The position numbers and the translations under genes were made by a program. This document shows, piece after piece, positions 47,628 to 59,810 of a stretch of DNA of 64,000 nt; position 1 is the stretch's first letter, and each line of letters starts with the position of its first letter. The notes beneath the pieces are model-generated. The model made no database searches and was not told the DNA's origin. It saw nothing but the letters and a program-made list of their open reading frames with translations. Location: positions 186,001-250,000 of the forward strand of contig NIVC01000143.1 of NCBI GenBank assembly GCA_002269645.1. Reading direction: 5' to 3'. The DNA is from Macrostomum lignano. Taxonomy: Eukaryota.

Positions 47628-49699
47628 TTCATCTAGCAATAAACACTCAGTTATTAAACTATAATTGCACTTACTTGGTGCATCTATTTGGCACTGGCAT
47701 GCATTGGTTCAAATTATTCCAGTATGGATTTCAACATGATCTAGACTATAGATACTGAATAATGAATACAATGAATTATAATTTCAATGCCCACTATTGG
47801 GGCTTTGTGTTTTTTCCATCATTTCCAAGTTTTTCCAACCTTTGTAAGTAACAAAAGTTAACCTAGCTTAGCTACACTGGGGCAAGGCAAGCTAAGTTGA
47901 GGAATGAAGTTGAGGAAGGTGTGTGAGGGTTTTGTTGAATGGATTAGAGCTACCCAATTAGCTTTCTCATATCTTTTATTTCAGAATAATCCAAGACACT
48001 AAGATAAATTGGTCACTGACACTGGCAAACAGAGTGGCAACTTTTCAAGATTGCTGAGTACATATAAAATTTCAAACAATGAAAAAATTGGAAGTAGGTC
48101 AAATATTCAAAGGAAACTTCTTTTCATGCTTTTAAATGTTTGAATTTAAATGCCCCAGGCTAAAAATTGTCTAACAATAATACTAATAGTAATAATTTTC
48201 CTATGAAACTTCGAACAAGCCTTAATGGCTAACGAACTGACAAGTAGGCCTATATAGAATAAATAAGGAATTATATAAACAAGTACTCCATGAACTTGAT
48301 GTAGGCCTACAGCAATTAAAAAACTAGTAAACCAAAAACCAGTACAGCACTGTTTAAAAAATATGGGTATTATTCAATCATATCAATCATTATTCAAGCA
48401 ACGCTGAAATTTTATGCGCACGTCGAAATCTGCCTATAGGCCTATTTTGCTTTGAAATATTGCATGACAGGTTTTTAGCTCTCTGGAAGGATTTATTGGG
48501 TTCACTGCCGAAAAATATAGCAAAAATCGCCCTCCTGATGTCCAGGGGCAACGCGCAGAGCCAAAAATCTAGGCGCAACCCTAGTTTTACTTGCGCTATC
48601 GAGTTAGTCAATTATATCTCATTGAGGAGCGCCGGGAGCCTGCACCTGCACCAAATCGCATTTTAAAATTTACGAAGGGTTTCTTAGAAACATATCCCAA
48701 TTAACATTTACAATCTATTAAAATCTAAATAAAACCCACATAAAGTTAACAAAGCTAAAAGATTGTTGTATATAAAATTTATAAAATGAATTCACTATAC
48801 TAAACCTCTTTTCTGTTTACAGAACTTTTACCAAACTATTACACTTACTAACTTAACATTTCTACTAACAAGACTACAAGGATATTAAATATAAATTTGG
48901 TTCCTACCTTAGGCCTACCTCTAATTTGTGTCCAGTAGTGGCGTTTATACATATGTACATGCATCTCGCCCGTAAAAGCAATCGGACGTCGCGCCGGGTG
49001 ACGTCGCTGACCTTGTAAATGCACTTTTACATCATGTACTTTGCATCGACTTATCCCAGCAAAACTTGGAAAGTATATTTCTTTTAGCCAGCAATTAAAT
49101 CGTCCAGGCCCTGCCTGACAGGCACAGCTGCTTTATATCCTACATATACTAACGTTGGGCATGCCCCTGTACCCTTAGCTAGCCCCCTTTGCTCATTATA
49201 TATTTGCTTTGGCCAGACTAGCTTATCAAAAAAATTGTCTCGATCTTTATCACGTCAGAAAATTGTTATCTATAAAAAGCATCAGTCTAGTTCTGGCGCC
49301 ATAAACGCGTTAGTAGCTGCAGGAATTAAATTAATTGGATTATAAAAATTTTTATCCCCTCGATCATGCTAGGATATAGACTTTTTTCGGCCTGCTGCAT
49401 GGCTCGTCTGGCATTGCTGAGCGCTACGGACAACTCTGATCATGTGACAGCTCTAATTAACCAATGGCCATAATGGGAGGGAAGGTTAAATTGTATGTAT
49501 ATAACTATAAAAAAACTGCATCCCACCTATAGAGACGCATCTGCTTTCCTCACCAGTCGTAGAAAAACAGTTTGAATCACTCTAACAATTTTCAGTCATG
49601 CATGTCCCCTCCGCAGATCTTCATATTGTAACTGCGGCCATTTCCTGACGCTGTCAAGTCTTAAATTCTGTCTGACTAATTTTGTGCCTGTGCAAACGT

Positions 49700-50620
49700 C
49701 GAAATTTCGCTACCTCGGTTGCTATGTGGATTTATCGAATCGAGATCTGAAAGGGCTGAAATCGATCAACACAATCGGCCCGTACTCAATCGTGTCCTCA
49801 GTCTTTGGCTAAAACACTTCAATGACGCTGGAACTATTAAGAAAGCCTTGTTAAGTTATAATGAATCGGCGTTTATTGAGTTTTGAGAAAGATAGCAAAA
49901 GAAGGGGTTAACATGGAATTTAGCACTGGCGTAGCTCAAACAAAACTTAGTGGTGCAGGTAAGGGAGTCGAAAACCATAGATATAATTAAGAAGTCTGTT
50001 ATAGAAAATTTTAGAAGGAAAACTTGGATTCACTTACTATAAATATAAAGTTGACTATTTTAAGATAAACGATTACTTAACATCTTTAACAGGAACTGTT
50101 CAGCCAAATCTGCGCCTACGGCCTGTTCCGCTACTTCGGTGCTCAGAACAACGCCTACTGCACCTGCGGTGCTTCACCTACGGACTGCACGGCGCCACTG
50201 AGGACAGCTGCAGCGCCAACTGCGCTGGCAACACAACTCAAAAGTGCGGCGCCAGCGGAAAAAATTCAATCTACGAACTCACTTACTCACTGAGTGAGTA
50301 GCTTTTGCTGCGATTGCATCAATTCTTTAACTAATTATCATCTCCGAATACCGCAATTTATGAACCCGTAGGCGGAAACAAGATGACCGTGGAGTCTGCT
50401 GCGTCCATGCCGAACATGTCAGCCTCCAGCAGCTCGATCCATCATTTACAGCAGCACTGATGCTGGAAGCATCATAGAGTGCATTGCGGCCTGCCGCCTC
50501 AGCCAGGACTGCCTGGGCTGTGCCTTCGTACCTTCGAGCCGGATGTGCCGCCTGCTGAAGTTCGCCGCTGTGCCCGCTGAGGTGGCTAGCGCGGCTGAGT
50601 GGGTCTGGATGAAGCTGTGA
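49700..50620 (+). pseudogene. Disrupted WSC-domain + PAN/apple-domain gene
   Basis: FRYLGCYVDLSNRDL (49705-), in-frame TAA at 49810, then MTLE; resumes at 50093 ELFSQICAYGLFRYFGAQNNAYCTCG; frameshift; then CSANCAGNTTQKCGASGKNSIY (WSC). 50470-50620 reads SIIECIAACRLSQDCLGCAFVPSSRMCRLL...WVWMKL* (PAN/apple). Confidence 0.7.
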
Positions 50621-50834
50621 GGCTGAGTGGGTCTGGATGAAGCTGTGAGGCTGAGTGGGTCTGGATGAAGCTGCGAGGCTGAGTGGGTCTGGATGAAGCT
50701 GTGAGGCTGAGTGGGTCTGGATGAAGCTGTGAGGCTGAGTGGGTCTGGATGAAGCTGTGAGGCTGAGTGGGTCCGGATGAAGCTGTGAGGCTGAGTGGGT
50801 CTGGATGAAGCTGTGAGGCTGAGTGGGTTTGGAT
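50594..50834 (+). repeat. 28-bp tandem repeat of the last codons plus stop (GCTGAGTGGGTCTGGATGAAGCTGTGAG), ~8.5 copies
   Basis: Unit encodes AEWVWMKL* of the PAN exon. Confidence 0.92.
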
Positions 50835-51339
50835 AAGATTAAAATCATGCAAACGCATGCAGCTTTTTTGACGTAAGACATTCAATTTTCATTTACAAGT
50901 TTAATGAGGCATTCATACTTGATAAAATTATTCTACAAAAGATTAAAGACCTAAACATGGCATGTCCCCGATAAGCCAAATTTGATAGTTGAACGTAAAT
51001 TCGAGCTTAGATGAAGTTTCTACATTTATTTACTAAACTACCTGGCCTACTGGTCACCTGCCCATAGCGTAATGATACGGAATCTGTAAAACGCTCTGAA
51101 AATATTTGACTTTGGGCCTTTAGCTGATTTTGGGCACACGCCTTAGCTTAGTTTCTTTCAAGATGCTTACGAAAGTAAAAATTCTGGCCTTGGGTTTCTT
51201 CAAGTAGGATCGAGAGTGGACAGATGTAGTGGTGCAGGCGTTGCTTGGAATGCTTTAATAGTGAGCTCGCGGGTTTTAATTAAAAAATGGACCAGTTAGT
51301 CATTCAGATAGTGAGTGGGTGAAATTTCGGTTCATTCGA

Positions 51340-51757
<418 letters not shown>

Positions 51758-52695
51758 CATGCACTTGAACTGTGCTTGATGCAAAGTTAATTTTTTTATT
51801 ACCCAGTTGTTTGCCCTGCAATTTAAAGCAGAAGAGCCCCCAGAACCGAACGAAAAATAAGGGCCGAGTATTTGTCGACACAACTCGCTAGTTGCTCATT
51901 AGAAACAATGCAGTTTCCTGTCAATTATTTATCACCCATGGCATCAAGTATAAAAATCATTGAACCCACCCAGCCCAGCATGTACTTTAGTCATGTACTT
52001 TAGTCATGTACTTTAGTACTGTTATAGTCGACAAAACGGCCGAAAGCGATCAAGAAATTTTATAAGAATATTCAGAAATTCTCAGAGATGTTCAGATCCC
52101 TTCTAGTTGAAAGCCAGATTTTGAGAGAGCTGGTTCTGTGAGCTTGTTTCTACCTTCTTAATTGTCTGTCTCAATAACCTTGTTGCTTGTCACATTCTCG
52201 CTAACCTTGGGCTGGCCATCTGACAGGGTTGGGAGCCTAGCTATTAGAGCGCTAAAGAATCAGGTCCGAAAGGTTTTTAAAGTTAAAACTCATCCATTGT
52301 ACTTAGCAGCGCAAGTTGAATACTGAGAAGCTATGTTAGAAATTGAAAATTCTTTGCTTATATAGTGTATTTTAACTCGTTATAAGTCATATTTTATATC
52401 GTTTATTCATCAAAATAAAAATCTGTATTCACATTCTATATGAATTTAAAATCATATACTCGTACATGTATTAAAACCGTTTAAAAGAACGTGAAAGTTA
52501 TTGTTAGAAAAATGTGCAAATAGGAATGGTACATATAAATAGTCCATGCCAGATGAAGACTAACCAGGCTTCTGATTAAATATCTTGATTCCTCTCTGCG
52601 CTCACTATACATCTATACTAGTACCATACTACAATACTACGACATATATCTATGCTAGTAATATTGTTTCTTATACTATGAAATTACATTTATAT

Positions 52696-53140
52696 CAGGG
52701 GTCGTAAAACTTTTTTTAGCTCAAAGGCCAGATAAAGAATCTGGATGGATTATAGCGGCGGGAAGATGAGGAGAGGTGAGAGGCGAGATGAGAGTTACGA
52801 AGAGAGGTGAAAATGAAGGTGATCGATAAAAAGAGAATAGCAAAGAGAGGAGAAGAGATAGAGAGAGGAGAGGAGAGCAAAGAGAAGAGAAGAGAAAAGG
52901 AGAGAAGAGGAGAGAGGAGAGAGTATAGCAGAGAAGAGAGGAGAGGAGAAAAGAAGAGAAAAGAGGATAGGGGTGAGAGGAGAGGGTGGAGAGGAGAGAA
53001 AAGTAAAAAAAGAGGAAAGCGGAGAGAATGAATAAGGGAAGCTTACATTGAGTGGCTGGATCGCTATTGTGAAGTTTCAAAGGACGGAGAGGCTGCACTG
53101 GCCGCATTTTTGTCCGTGGGCTTTGGTTTTCCAACCCCTG
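52696..53140. mobile_element. hAT-like MITE with AG-rich interior
   Basis: TIRs CAGGGGTCGTAAAAC / CAGGGGTTGGAAAAC (reverse complement of the right end); flanking 8-mers only 5/8 identical. Confidence 0.6.
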
Positions 53141-53234
53141 AACTATAGTGGACAGGATTGTAAGGTAATAATTAATTTGAAACTGTGAGCAGTGCGCTGT
53201 TATCCCATCGGTTCGACATTAATTGTCCCCTGCA

Positions 53235-55331
53235 TCACCTCGGCGTGAAGACAATTTTGTGCTCAGCCGGAGCCCGAATTCCTCCGCCGTGATTCTCGGT
53301 GTTGTCTTTGATCTCGCTGATGCTGCGCCGCTCTGCTGGGTCCAGGCCGAACCTGTAGCGCTGCATCAGTCTCGTGAAGAAGACAAACAGCTCCATGCGG
53401 GCGAGGCTCTCGCCAAGGCAGGCTCGCTTGCCCGAGCCGAACGGCACCACCGACTCGTTCGGGCTGAAGCGGCCCTCCGCGTCCAGGTACCGCTCGGGCT
53501 TGAACTTCTCCGGCTCCGGGAACACTCTCGGATCGCGATGGATGCCGTAGATGTTCGGCACCACCACGCTGTCAGCGGGAATGCGATAGCCGCAGATGAC
53601 GGAGTCTTCAACGCAGCGGTGAGCCACGCCCATGGGAACGAGGGTGCCGAGCCGTTGCACCTCCTCCAGCACCGCTACCGTGTAGTGCAGACTGCCTTTG
53701 TCCTTCATTGTTGGCATTCTCTCCGTGCCAACGTTGACTCGAATCTCTTCGAACACTTTCTCAGCCACGTCCGGGTTCTCGATCATGTACAGGATGCCCC
53801 AGCGCAGCGTGTTAGAGGTGGTGTCGGTTCCGGCCACGAAAAGGTCGCGAATGGCCATGGCGAGGCGGAGGTCGTTGAATATTCTGTCGCTTTCTGCAAA
53901 AATTTCGAGCTGGTTGAGTGACACTGACAGACGAATTCAACTGTGCGACTGTTTCTGAATGAATTCTGTACCGCAATAATATATAGCAGCGAAAGTTTCT
54001 AAAAAATTTCGTAACTTCTCTAATCCTCAAAAGTATGGGGTTACAGTGCCTGGATCATAGATATCATATTTTCTACCCGAGTAGCTTAAATATTGATTTC
54101 AGTAGCTTAGGGACATGGACACTCTTTTTTGAGAATTTCATAGGACTTATCATTAAGTAAGAGTTGATGTGTTTAAAAATTGTGTATGGCTGCAACATTA
54201 GAGACTACTACAGTCCTAAATGTGCCTATGAACTTAGAGTTAACAAGTAATTGTTTTTTGTCTCAACACTGGTGGTTTTTATCTTAAACGGAGGCTAACA
54301 TTTTCATTAGCAGTGCCAAATAGTGACAAAGTGTTTGTGAGATCTTCATCAGATATAAAAAATTCCGATTAGGAGAGCTTTCACAGGTATCTTAGTTGGA
54401 CAGTCCAAGGTGTTCAGATAAGCTCCCATAGTCTCCATATGAGATTTGAAAATAGTACAGCAAAATACTCACCTAGATTAGTCTGATGCTGCAGGTGCGC
54501 ATCGATGTAATCCCTCGGCTCAGACTGCATGTCCGCATCGCCCTTGTGCTTGGCCACCTGCTCTTTGCAGAACTGCAGCAGCTGCCGGCTCAGCTGAATC
54601 ACTCGCCGCCTCTCCGGTCGCAGCAGCATCAGCTTGGCCAGGAAGCTGAACTGCTCAAAGTACTTGTAGTTCGCACCCAGCATGATGTTCATGTGTCTAG
54701 CAGCTCGACGTTGCGTAAGGGACTGGAACATGTCCAGCAGTTTGGGGAATCTCGGATCCTCCGTGGCTGTGCGAGCGCCGAACACGAGCTGACAGATGAC
54801 GTTGCTGACGGCGGGACTGAGCAAGTCGGTGGTGCTCAAGGCCTGCCCAGCCGGAGTCGAGTCGATGGCTTCGCAGAGCTCGCCAGCCTCCCTCAGGATG
54901 ATCTCCTCACCGCCCTGTCTGCCGAAGCCGAAGTCGCGCAGAGTTTTCAGCGAGAACCGCCGGTACTCGCGCCACAGCTCGCCCTCGGTGGACACAATGC
55001 CACCGTCGCTGCCCAAGGTCGGCTTCTGCAGCACCCGGACTGGCCGGCCGATGAATCGTTGGCCCTGCTTCACCATGGCCTCGTCGAAGGCTTCGAAGTT
55101 GTTGAGGATGTAGACTGGCTCGAGACCGTAGTAGAGAGTGACCAGAGGCGAGTTCGGGAAGCCCTCCAGCATCTGAGAGGCCAGGTTCTTCTTCATGTAC
55201 GGCAGGCTGCCTACCAGGGGCATCCAGCCTGGACTGGGCGGCTCGTTCGGCTTTGGTGCCTTCTTGACGCAGAGAAAATACAACAGCAGCACAGCCCCGG
55301 TAATGAGGCCCATGGCTATTAGAGTCAGCAT
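53235..55331 (-). CDS. Cytochrome P450, clan 2, intact, 2 exons, ~505 aa
   Basis: Exons 55331-54473 and 53893-53235 join in phase 1. TM anchor + PPSP, WREYRR (WxxxR), AGTDTT (I helix), EVQR (ExxR), PERY and the heme motif FGSGKRACLG are all present. Confidence 0.95.
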
Positions 55332-55977
55332 AGTGTCAGCTTTTCAACGATCGCTTGATTCAAAATCTACCTGCACACAGAATGACTCTGGAAAATATTT
55401 TCGGCTTCAACAGCAGTCCTCTGGCTGTTCATATATAAGCAGAAGCAGACCAAAAAGTGTAGTTTCATTTCAAGAGCATTACGAAATTTCTTCAAGTCGC
55501 CTTTTTGAGGGTAGATTGATAGTGCGCAGGAGAGATTGTACTCGAGTTGCTTCGAGCTTCGAGCCCAACCAGTGCAAGCATGTCATGTCGTCAGTGCATG
55601 CTGTTTGCTCTAAATGGCTGCTGAGATAAAGCGGCTTTGGGTGAGCTGAGTTCGCCTAGCTTCGTAATGTTTACTCTGAACTCACATACCTGTCACATTC
55701 AAATGGAATTTCAAACTATGAGCAGGAGTCACTCATTGAAAGTTTGGCATAAAGGTCAAGCAACAGCTCCAGATGACCCTTTACCAGTGTTTTAGTGTCT
55801 GTAGAAACAGCGTCACCTCAAGGCCTTGACGCGGATAAACGACGCGCCACTGGCAGAGTCCGTCGTCTACCCGTAGGAATCCCATGAAGCACAAATTACT
55901 GTAAATTCCTGTTCTCGGGTAGGGTGAGGTGCATCAGCTGTAACACCAGGTTATGCTGCGAGTACCTGACAACAAAA

Positions 55978-56885
55978 TCCTGGGAGTGCCAAGCATCTGA
56001 CTATGGAATCTTGGGAGTGCCAAGCACATCTGACTATGGAATCTTGGGAGTGCCAAGCACATCTGACTATGAAATCCTGGGAGTGCCAAGCACATCTGAC
56101 TATATAGAATCTTGGGAGTGCCAAGCACATCTGACTATGGAATCTTGGGAATGCCAAGCACATCTGACTATATGGAATCTTGGGAGTGCCAAGCACATCT
56201 GACTATATGGAATCTTGGGAGTGCCAAGCACATCTGACTATATCTTGGGAGTGCCAAGCACATCTGACTATATGGAATCTTGGGAATGCCAAGCACATCT
56301 GACTATATGGAATCTTGGGAGTGCCAAGCACATCTGACTATGGAATCTTGGGAATGCCAAGCACATCTGACTATATGGAATCTTGGGAGTGCCAAGCACA
56401 TCTGACTATATGGAATCTTGGGAGTGCCAAGCACATCTGACTATATCTTGGGAGTGCCAAGCACATCTGACTATATGGAATCTTGGAATGCCAAGCACAT
56501 CTGACTATATGGAATCTTGGGAGTGCCAAGCACATCTGACTATGGAATCTTGGGAATGCCAAGCACATCTGACTATATGGAATCTTGGGAGTGCCAAGCA
56601 CATCTGACTATGGAATCTTGGGAGTGCCAAGCACATCTGACTATATGGAATCTTGGGAGTGCCAAGCACATCTGACTATATCTTGGGAGTGCCAAGCACA
56701 TCTGACTATATGGAATCTTGGGAATGCCAAGCACATCTGACTATATGGAATCTTGGGAGTGCCAAGCACATCTGACTATATGGCAGCTTGGAAGTGCCAA
56801 GCACATCTTGGGAGTGCCAAGCACATCTTGGAAGTGCCAAGAACATCTTGGGAGTGCCAAGCACATCTTGGGAGTGCAAAGCACC
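55978..56885. repeat. 33-35-bp minisatellite (GGGAGTGCCAAGCACATCTGACTAT(AT)GGAATCTT), ~26 copies
   Basis: Starts about 650 bp upstream of the CYP ATG. Confidence 0.93.
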
Positions 56886-57259
56886 TGATCAAGAAGTTTC
56901 AAGCTGTATATGTGCAGCATGCAGAGAAATATAACAAATAAATTTGAACAACTAGTAGTTCAGTTGACAGAATATTTAATATTGTAAGGAGAATATATTT
57001 AACGGCTTTTTAATTTTTCCGGGTATTGAAACACCTGATTTTTTAAAAAATTATTTCTGCATATTAACAAATATTGACATGTATGTACATGTAAGGTTAC
57101 GTAAGGTTACGTACATGTAGTGTGTGCAGAATTCAATCTGAACATCGAAATTAAAAATTAAAATTTTTAGCTATTTACTACGTACTATCAGCAGTAAGCA
57201 TAGCAATTAGATCAAATAGAAAATTTCTGTCAAGTCTGTAAATGTTCATGAGGGAGTTG

Positions 57260-57970
57260 TCAGGCTGTCAGTCACTGCAGAGTACATTAATACGCAATGA
57301 AAGTACATGATGATATTTATTTGCATGCTGATTGAGCTTATTCTGAGAGCAGGTGTCTAAATAATCCAGGAGCATGTACACTCAATGCTTTAAGCCGTAA
57401 AAGTACATCTAAAATATTGTCAGAAATATGTGCCCGTAAACTTTCTCAAACAGATTTCTCAAACAGGCAATTGGGTATTGAAGTCCGCAGAACAAAATCG
57501 CAGAAAAAAACCCGCATCAAAGCAGACACGCAGTTTGAATGGAAAAAGCAATTCAGCATGCAGTGTGAGTTGAATTGCAGCGCAAATGTGCGAAACTGCA
57601 GTTCATAGCAATAGGGCTGCTCCCATTCGATGGGTCCCGATGTGCACGCTACCCAAAAAGAGAAAAAAGGGGAATGAGTCAGCAACAAGGGAAAATCTAC
57701 GGAAAATATTCCAAGAGCATGTAGCTCGTACTATGGATGCACTGATTCAGCAGAAAAAAACAAGAAAACCCAACGGTAAAGCACACAGTTTTTATGTCTG
57801 GAATTCTAGTCCAGCGAAACTTGTAAATCTGAGCAACGAAGTCCTTAGGTCACTGCAGTCTCATCCGACTGCGCTTGGCGTGAGCCCAGCCGTCTCTCTG
57901 CTCCGCTGCAGTTTCCATGGCAACCAGGCGACCCAAGTCGGCCCCGTCTCGCCGCAGCCTCGCCCTCGCC
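57260..57970. repeat. Segmental duplicate of 62655-63545, including the 3' end of the unknown ORF
   Basis: Collinear diverged match (e.g. ggcaattgggtattgaagtccgca; RDGADLGRLVAMETAAEQRD.W.HAK.SRMRLQ* on - in both copies). Confidence 0.85.
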
Positions 57971-58224
57971 CACAGCTCAATGACGGACAGCTCAATGACC
58001 CAACAACTCAATGACCAACAACTAAATGACCAACAACTCAATGACCCAGCCTCTAGACAATGGCCAATAGCTCAATGAAAAAGGTGTTGTAATTTCTCTT
58101 CAGTGACTATTTCGGCCAGTCTTTCGTGCTGTCCGAATGACTTTTTAGCTGTGGCTCTCCTCAAAGCCGAGCTGTTTTGCTTCAGAGCGCAGCGCTTCAG
58201 GTCCTTCAGAAATCGGCCGACTTC

Positions 58225-59052
58225 GACGCGAGACGGAGAGGCGGGAAAGGGAGAGGCGGGAGAGGGAGAGGCGGGAGAGGGAGAGGCGGGAGAGGGAGAG
58301 GCGGGAGAGGGAGAGGCGGGAGAGGGAGAGGCGGGAGAGGGAGAGGCGGGAGAGGGAAAGGCGGAAGAGGGAGAGGCGGGAGAGGGAGAGGCGGGAGAGG
58401 GAGAGGCGGGAGAGGGAGAGGCGGGAGAGGGAGAGGCGGGAGAGGGAGAGGCGGGAGAGGGAGAGGCGGAATAGGGAGAGGCGGGAGAGGGAGAGGCGGG
58501 AGAGGGAGAGGCGGGAGAGGGAGAGGCGGGAGAGGGAGAGGCGGGAGAGGGAGAGGCGGGAGAGGGAGAGGCGGGAGAGGGAGAGGCGGGAAAGGGAGAG
58601 GCGGGAAAGGGAGAGGCGGGAGAGGGAGAGGCGGGAGAGGGAGAGGCGGGAGAGGGAGAGGCGGGAGAGGGAGAGGCGGGAGAGGGAGAGGCGGGAGAGG
58701 GAGAGGCGGGAGAGGGAGAGGCGGGAGAGGGAGAGGCGGGAGAGGGAGAGGCGGGAGAGGGAGAGGCGGGAGAGGGAAAGGCGGAAGAGGGAGAGGCGGG
58801 AGAGGGAGAGGCGGGAGAGGGAGAGGCGGGAGAGGGAGAGGCGGGAGAGGGAGAGGCGGGAGAGGGAGAGGCGGGAGAGGGAGAGGCGGGAGAGGGAGAG
58901 GCGGGAGAGGGAGAGGCGGGAGAGGGAGAGGCGGGAGAGGGAGAGGCGGGAGAGGGAGAGGCGGGAGAGGGAGAGGCGGGAGAGGGAGAGGCGGGAGAGG
59001 GAGAGGCGGGAGAGGGAGAGGCGGGAGAGGGAGAGGCGGGAGAGGGAGAGGG
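58225..59052. repeat. 15-bp polypurine repeat (GAGGCGGGAGAGGGA), ~55 copies
   Basis: Direct reading; the (GRGRG)n and (SPASP)n ORFs are derived from the repeat. Confidence 0.95.
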
Positions 59053-59351
59053 AGATTCAAAATTCGAAGAGATCAAAATGAGTCGAGCACTCAAAGAATG
59101 CCGGTTGGTGAATGTCTGAGCAGCTGCAGTCACAGCGCACGTATTTCACAAGTTTTATGCATGTGAGCCGTGGATTATGGGGAAACTATGGATTTATGGA
59201 TTTGGCCTCATTAACACTGCCACTCAGGACACGCCATGCTGTTTGCTCAAGTGGCTGAGAATATTTTACCTGACTGGTTATTGCCTGCCATCTGGGGTCT
59301 GCATGTTCGGAATGAACTTGGTGTGCATTGGTAACTGACTGCGGCAGTGCG

Positions 59352-59768
59352 GATGAGTCAGTGGCGCCAATACAGATGAGTCAGTGGCGCCAATACAGAT
59401 GAGTCAGTGGCGCCAATACAGATGAGTCAGTGGCGCCAATACAGGTGAGTCAGTGGCGCCAATACAGGTGAGTCAGTGGCGCCAATACAGATGAGTCAGT
59501 GGCGCCAATACAGATGAGTCAGTGGCGCCAATACAGGTGAGTCAGTGGCGCCAATACAGATGAGTCAGTGGCGCCAATACAGATGAGTCAGTGGCGCCAA
59601 TACAGATGAGTCAGTGGCGCCAATACAGATGAGTCAGTGGCGCCAATACAGATGAGTCAGTGGCGCCAATACAGATGAGTCAGTGGCGCCAATACAGATG
59701 AGTCAGTGGCGCCAATACAGATGAGTCAGTGGCGCCAATACAGATGAGTCAGTGGCGCCAATACAGAT
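59352..59768. repeat. 23-bp minisatellite (GATGAGTCAGTGGCGCCAATACA), ~18 copies
   Basis: Direct reading; three units carry CAGGTGAGT. Confidence 0.95.
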
Positions 59769-59810
59769 GGTCATTCGCACCGAGCCGCCATCACAGCTTA
59801 TAGGGATATA

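Noticed and set aside
58177-59166. RGG/GAR-domain protein (329-aa ORF)
   Set aside because: Purely the 15-bp repeat; all frames are open because the repeat lacks T, and no flanking domain supports it.
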